Below are positions 59,149 to 64,000 of a stretch of DNA of 64,000 nt, in pieces. A program made the translations under genes and the position numbers. How positions within the stretch are numbered: position 1 is the first letter of the stretch; each line of letters begins with the position of its first letter. Source of the stretch: the human T2T-CHM13v2.0 reference genome, Homo sapiens; NCBI RefSeq assembly GCF_009914755.1, contig NC_060938.1. One strand, 5' to 3'. Below the pieces are notes generated by a model. That model ran no database searches. It saw nothing but the letters and a program-made list of their open reading frames with translations, and was not told the origin of the DNA.

Positions 59149-59495
59149 TGTTAGGGACTGAATGCTTGTGTGTTCTCCAAAAATTACATGTTGAAATCCT
59201 AACCCCCAATGTGATAGTATTAGGAGGTGGGGTCTTTGGGAGGTAATTAGGTCATTAAGGTAGAGCCCTCATTATTGGGCTTATTGGAAAAACACAAGAG
59301 GGATGATTTCTCTCTTGGCCATGTGAGAACACAACGAGAAGACAAATGTCTGGAACCATGAAGCAGGCCCTCACCAGACACCTGATAGACAGGCATCTTG
59401 ATCTTGGATTTACCAGCCTCCAGACTGCAAGAAATAAATGTCTGTTGGTTAAGCCACTCAGTATTCTGTAATAACAGCCTGAACTGATCAAGACA
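59149..59495 (+). mobile_element. MLT1A-type solo LTR
   Basis: tgttagggactgaatgcttgtgtg...aacccccaatgtgatagtattaggaggtgggg...gaaataaatgtctgttggttaagccactcag...gatcaagaca. Confidence 0.88.
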
Positions 59496-61254
59496 ATAGA
59501 CTTGCAATAAATTTGTGTTGGATAAGTGAAAGTTGAGCAGGAGAGTGCACATGTTCTCAATAGCTGAGGAGACCTGGATGTTATGGCATTCTCTGTGGCT
59601 GTAACAGTCACCTGACCTGAGGAAAGTTGAGGATGCCACGAAGGAAATGGTACAGAATAGAAGGTAAGTGAGAAAGTGACCAATGGCAAGGCTAAAACTT
59701 TCCCCAAGAAGTAATTCGTAAATACCTCCAGTGCTTACATAAGTAAATGATCAGGGTCTTAGAGTGTCTCACCATAGATAGAGATTACCATAATTTTAGT
59801 AGCTTTTATATCACTTGCCTACAGAAGTATGTCAGCCTATCAAATTACGTATGTGTGTTCAATGGCAGTGGTTGGCAGTATTGATACACATTTTTCTCTT
59901 AAATGGACTGATCACTCATTTAGCTGTCATCTTGCAGCTGCCACTAAAAGAGAGAAGACAAATTGACTCCATTTTTCAAACTCAGCAGAGTTATTTATTT
60001 TGTTAAGCACAACATATTCATCTCTGTTAGTTTTCATATGGCAGCAAGAGAGTCAAGCCATCGGGATGTAAAGCTAATTAATGGAAATAACCTTTGGATT
60101 ACTAAACTGTCAGTCTGACACTGCTGATTAGATTATCATGGGAATATTCAGTTGTGAAAAATATTACTAAAATAAATCCAGATTTTTATTTTATTATAGG
60201 AAAGGGATTTCAGCAACTTTCTAATCAAGAACTCTTTGTTGTTGTTTGGCATGAGGGTAGTTGCAGTATTTTTCACTTTTTTCTTATTCTAATATTATGT
60301 AAACATAGCCCAAGATACATTATTTTTCGTGTGGGTTTTGCTCAGAGAAGAGACGTAACTCTGAATAAATTACTCACAAATTCTCTACTAGGGAGTGAGA
60401 AGGATGACATTTTGAAAGGCTCTTTTTGAGGCAAAAGAGAAAAAAGAAAATTTAAAAAGGAAAAGAAAATGACTATCCCAAAACAACCTATACCTTTTCA
60501 GGAATATAAACACCTTCATGCTAATGTAGCTGGAGAAAAATTTCATACAGTTCTTATCCAAAAAAAATGAATCTAAAGACTATCCTTAAAATATTAATTA
60601 TCTCCTCTGTCATGAGTTTTCTCCTTCACCTTTCTTCCTTCTAAATGAAAATGTGGGTGATTCAGGGTTCTTTTCTTTGCATTAGAAAGCAGCTCTAAAG
60701 GAACACCATATTGATTTCGCTCTAAAGATTAGAAATCTCTGCTACTCAAAAGCTGTTAAATATGTTTACCTGAGAAACACAGGGATTGGGGTTTATTTTG
60801 TCCTCTCCATTTAAAAGCACCAAAAAGACGACTAAAAATTGACTCACTGATGAAGACCATTTCAACATATACTGCTCAGTCATACCTATCCCTTTCAAAA
60901 CACTTTTTAATATTTTTAAATTCCTCTTGTTCTATCCTTTCACGAGAAATTATGATGCACCAAACTATTATACAGCAGTTGCTCATGGAAAAAATGTTTG
61001 AGGATAAATATTTTATACATCCTAAAAATGACTAGTCAAGTCTGTTATTACACAGTCAGTTTCTCAAACACCTTCATTCATTCAAGGTCAGAGCTACTGG
61101 AAATTCAGTGTAATATTCTTTTTGATGCATTAGTAAACACCCTAGAGCCAAGTAGAGCCAAAGACTTACTCCTGGAGAGTTAATTGTGCAGGCAATGTTC
61201 TTGGCATAGAGAAATAAAATTTATGGAAATTGCTGCTGTCAATGTCAGTCATAA

Positions 61255-61462
61255 ACACAGGATCCAACCCTATAGCTGCACAACTCATCTCACCTTACCC
61301 TCAAACCTGTCCTATCTTTATTTAAAATTTCAACATTTTTTATCATAGGTTTTTGGTATGAATTTTGATTTTTTAAAATATTACATTGAAATATTACCTT
61401 CACTGCTGAAATTTTTGGCATATTTTTGAGTCATGTGCCCTAATCTCCCAGTGCCAGCCCTA
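61255..61462. mobile_element. hAT DNA transposon fragment (MER96B-like)
   Basis: tctttatttaaaatttcaacatttt...aattttgattttttaaaatattacattgaaatatt...ccagccct. Confidence 0.5.
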
Positions 61463-62069
61463 ACTATGACTTCCCCAGGGGTAGTCCTAAGTTTCTCTGC
61501 CAGAGGGAAGGATTATATTTAATTTTGATGGCCCTTTAAATTAAAAACATCACCTATTATATTTTTCTGCCTATGACTTTCAATACATATCCATAGTATT
61601 TACTTAGAAAAAAGTAAGCCAAAAAAAAGAAAAAAAATTAAAACACCCTAGTCCCGTTTAACAATAACCACCGTTAGTAACTTACTGTCCATACAGTAAG
61701 TATCATACTTTCCATACCTTTCTCTATTTGTGAAACATATGTTTGTGTCAGTAAGGTACACAGATGATACATAAATGATTAAATACTTATAAGATATGGC
61801 TATATAACAATTTTTCAGATTAGCCATGTTTTAAAAGAAATAACATAATTTCATTTTTTTATAAATTAGTATATTTATTTTTCTAAATATATTCTCTGTG
61901 AGTACAGATACTTTAAATATCTATACACATCGGCCCTTTTTTCTCTCTCTCTCTCCTGCTGTAACTCTCATTCTCTCATCTTCTACCTCTATCTATCTAC
62001 CTACATTTAACCTATCAATGGGTTAGAGTTATTATTCTTATTAATATCCCCATCAATTTGTCATAGCTG

Positions 62070-62282
62070 ATAACATTATGGATTTGATATTGGACAGCCC
62101 AGGTTTGAATTCTAGATGTGTGTCTTTGGGCAAATTACATTAGTGCTTTAATCCTAAATGTTCATGTATGTCAAATAAATGTCATAGAAAATCCCTATCC
62201 TCATAGGGCTGCTGCAAGAATTAAGTAATCACTGTAAATGCTTACCATAGTGCCTGCTACTGAGTAAGCATATAAGTTATTA
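62070..62282 (+). mobile_element. MIR
   Basis: caggtttgaattcta...ctttgggcaaattac...cctcatagggctgctgcaagaattaag...catagtgcctg. Confidence 0.8.
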
Positions 62283-62295
62283 AAATTAAAATGAG

Positions 62296-64000
62296 AGATT
62301 CCCGTTCCAAGATGGCCAAATAGGAACAGCTCTGGTCTGCAGCTCCCAGCGTGATCGATGCAGAAGACAGGTGATTTCTGCATTTCCAACTGAGGCTCCA
62401 CTGGTGATACCCGGGCATACAGGGTCTGGAGTGGACCTCCAGCAAACTCCAACAGACCTGCAGCTGAGGGACCTGACTGTTAGAGGGAAAACTAACAAAC
62501 AGAAAGGAATAGCATCAACATCAACAAAAAGGACATCCACACCAAAACCCCACCTGTAGGTCACCAAGATCAAAGACCAAAGGTAGATAAAACCACAAAG
62601 ATGGGGAAAAACCAGAGCAGAAAAGCTTAAAATTCTAAAAACCAGAGTGACTCTTCTCCTCCAAAGGATCGCAACTCCACACCAGCAACTGAACAAAGTG
62701 GGATGGAGAATGACTTTGACGAGTTGACAGAAGTAGGCTTCAGAAGGTCAGTAATAACAAACTTCTCCAAGCTAAAGGAGGATGTTCGAACCCATTGCAA
62801 GGAAGCTAAAAACCTCGAAAAAAGATTAGACAAATGGCTAACTAGAATAAACAGTGTAGAGAATACCTTAAATGACCTGATAGAGCTGAAAACCATGGCA
62901 TGAGAACTATGTGATGCATGCACAAGCTTCAGTAGCTGATTCAATCAAGTGGAAGAAAGGGTAGCAATGATTGAAGAGCAAATTAATGAAATGAAGTGAG
63001 AAGAGAAGTTTAGAGAAAAAAGAGTAAAAAGAAATGAACAAAGCCTCCAAGAAATATGGGACTATGTGAAAAGACCAAATCTACGTCTGATCGGTGTACC
63101 TGAAAGTGACAGGGAGAATGGAAACAAGTTAGAAAATACTCTTCAGGATATTCTCCAGGACAAGTTCCCTAACCTAGCAAGGCAGGCCAACATTCAAATC
63201 CAGGAAATAGAGAGAACACCACAAAGATACTCCTCGAGAAGAGCAACTCCAAGAAACATAATTGACAGATTCACCAAGGTTGAAATGAAGGAAAAAATGT
63301 TAAGGGCAGCAAGAGAGAAAGGTCGGGTTACCCACAAAGGGAAGCCCATCAGACTAACAGCTGATCTCTCAGCAGAAACTCTAAAAGCCAGAAGAGAGTG
63401 GGGTCCAATATTCAACATTCTTAAAGAAAAGAATTTTCAATGCAGAATTTCACATATGGCCAAACTAAGCTTCATAAGTGAAGGAGAAATAAAATCCTTT
63501 ACAGACATGCAAATGCTGAGAGATTTTGTCACCACCAGGACTGCCTTACAGGGGATCCTGAAGGAAGCACTAAACATGGAAAGGAACAACTGGTACCAGC
63601 CACTGCAAAAACATGCCAAATTGTAAAGACCATCGATGCTAGGAAGAAATTGCATCAACTAACGGGCAAAATAACGAAACTGCATCAACTAACAGACAAA
63701 ATAACCAGCTAACATCATAATGATAGGATCAAATTCACACATAACAGTATTAACCTTAAATGTAAATGGACTAAATGCCCGAATCAAAAGACACAGACTG
63801 GCAAATTGGATAGAGTCAAGACCCATCAGTGTGCTGTATTCAGGAGACCCATCTCACATGCAGAGACACACATAGGCTCAAAATAAAGGGATGGAGGAAG
63901 ATCTACCAAGCAAATGGAAAACAAAAAAAAAGCAGGGGTTGCAATCCTAGTATCTGATAAAACAGACTTTAAACCAACAAAGATCAAAAGAGACAAAGAA
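62296..64000 (+). mobile_element. L1PA6-type element with a shortened (spliced) 5'UTR; runs off the window
   Basis: Starts gttccaagatggccaaataggaacagctc. Only ~305 bp of 5'UTR before the ORF1 ATG at 62601. ORF2 ATG at 63720. Confidence 0.92.
62601..63626 (+). pseudogene. L1 ORF1: L1 ORF1p, inactivated
   Basis: Early in-frame TAA at ~62628 plus further stops; C-terminal 186 aa open. Confidence 0.9.

Overview
Primate (most likely human) intergenic or intronic DNA dominated by retroelements. I can support no host protein-coding gene, RNA gene or CRISPR array, and all long ORFs derive from LINE-1, THE1/MST or Alu. The interval ~7.3-35.7 kb is almost entirely a nested stack. The first part is an old L1PB-type element with a ~113-bp tandem array in its 5'UTR, invaded by a FLAM, a chimeric MLT2A/THE1B insertion and a full THE1B. 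The second part is an MLT2 (ERVL) solo LTR split in three by a ~15-kb L1PA13-type element and a full THE1D. That L1 in turn holds a THE1C, an AluS and a full-length L1PA3/PA2. The right half mixes unique sequence with ancient L2, MIR, MER5, MADE2 and MLT1 pieces, and ends in an L1PA6-type element whose 5'UTR looks spliced (SpIRE). Most notable: (1) an ERVL LTR 5' end and an oppositely oriented THE1 LTR 5' end that share one 5-bp target-site duplication (TSD); (2) the spliced L1PA6 5'UTR, alongside an L1PA3/2 lacking the segment that holds the acceptor; (3) an ORF1 fragment captured inside ORF2; (4) two Alus reusing one target site. Subfamily names come from recalled consensus motifs, not from a search, so they are provisional.
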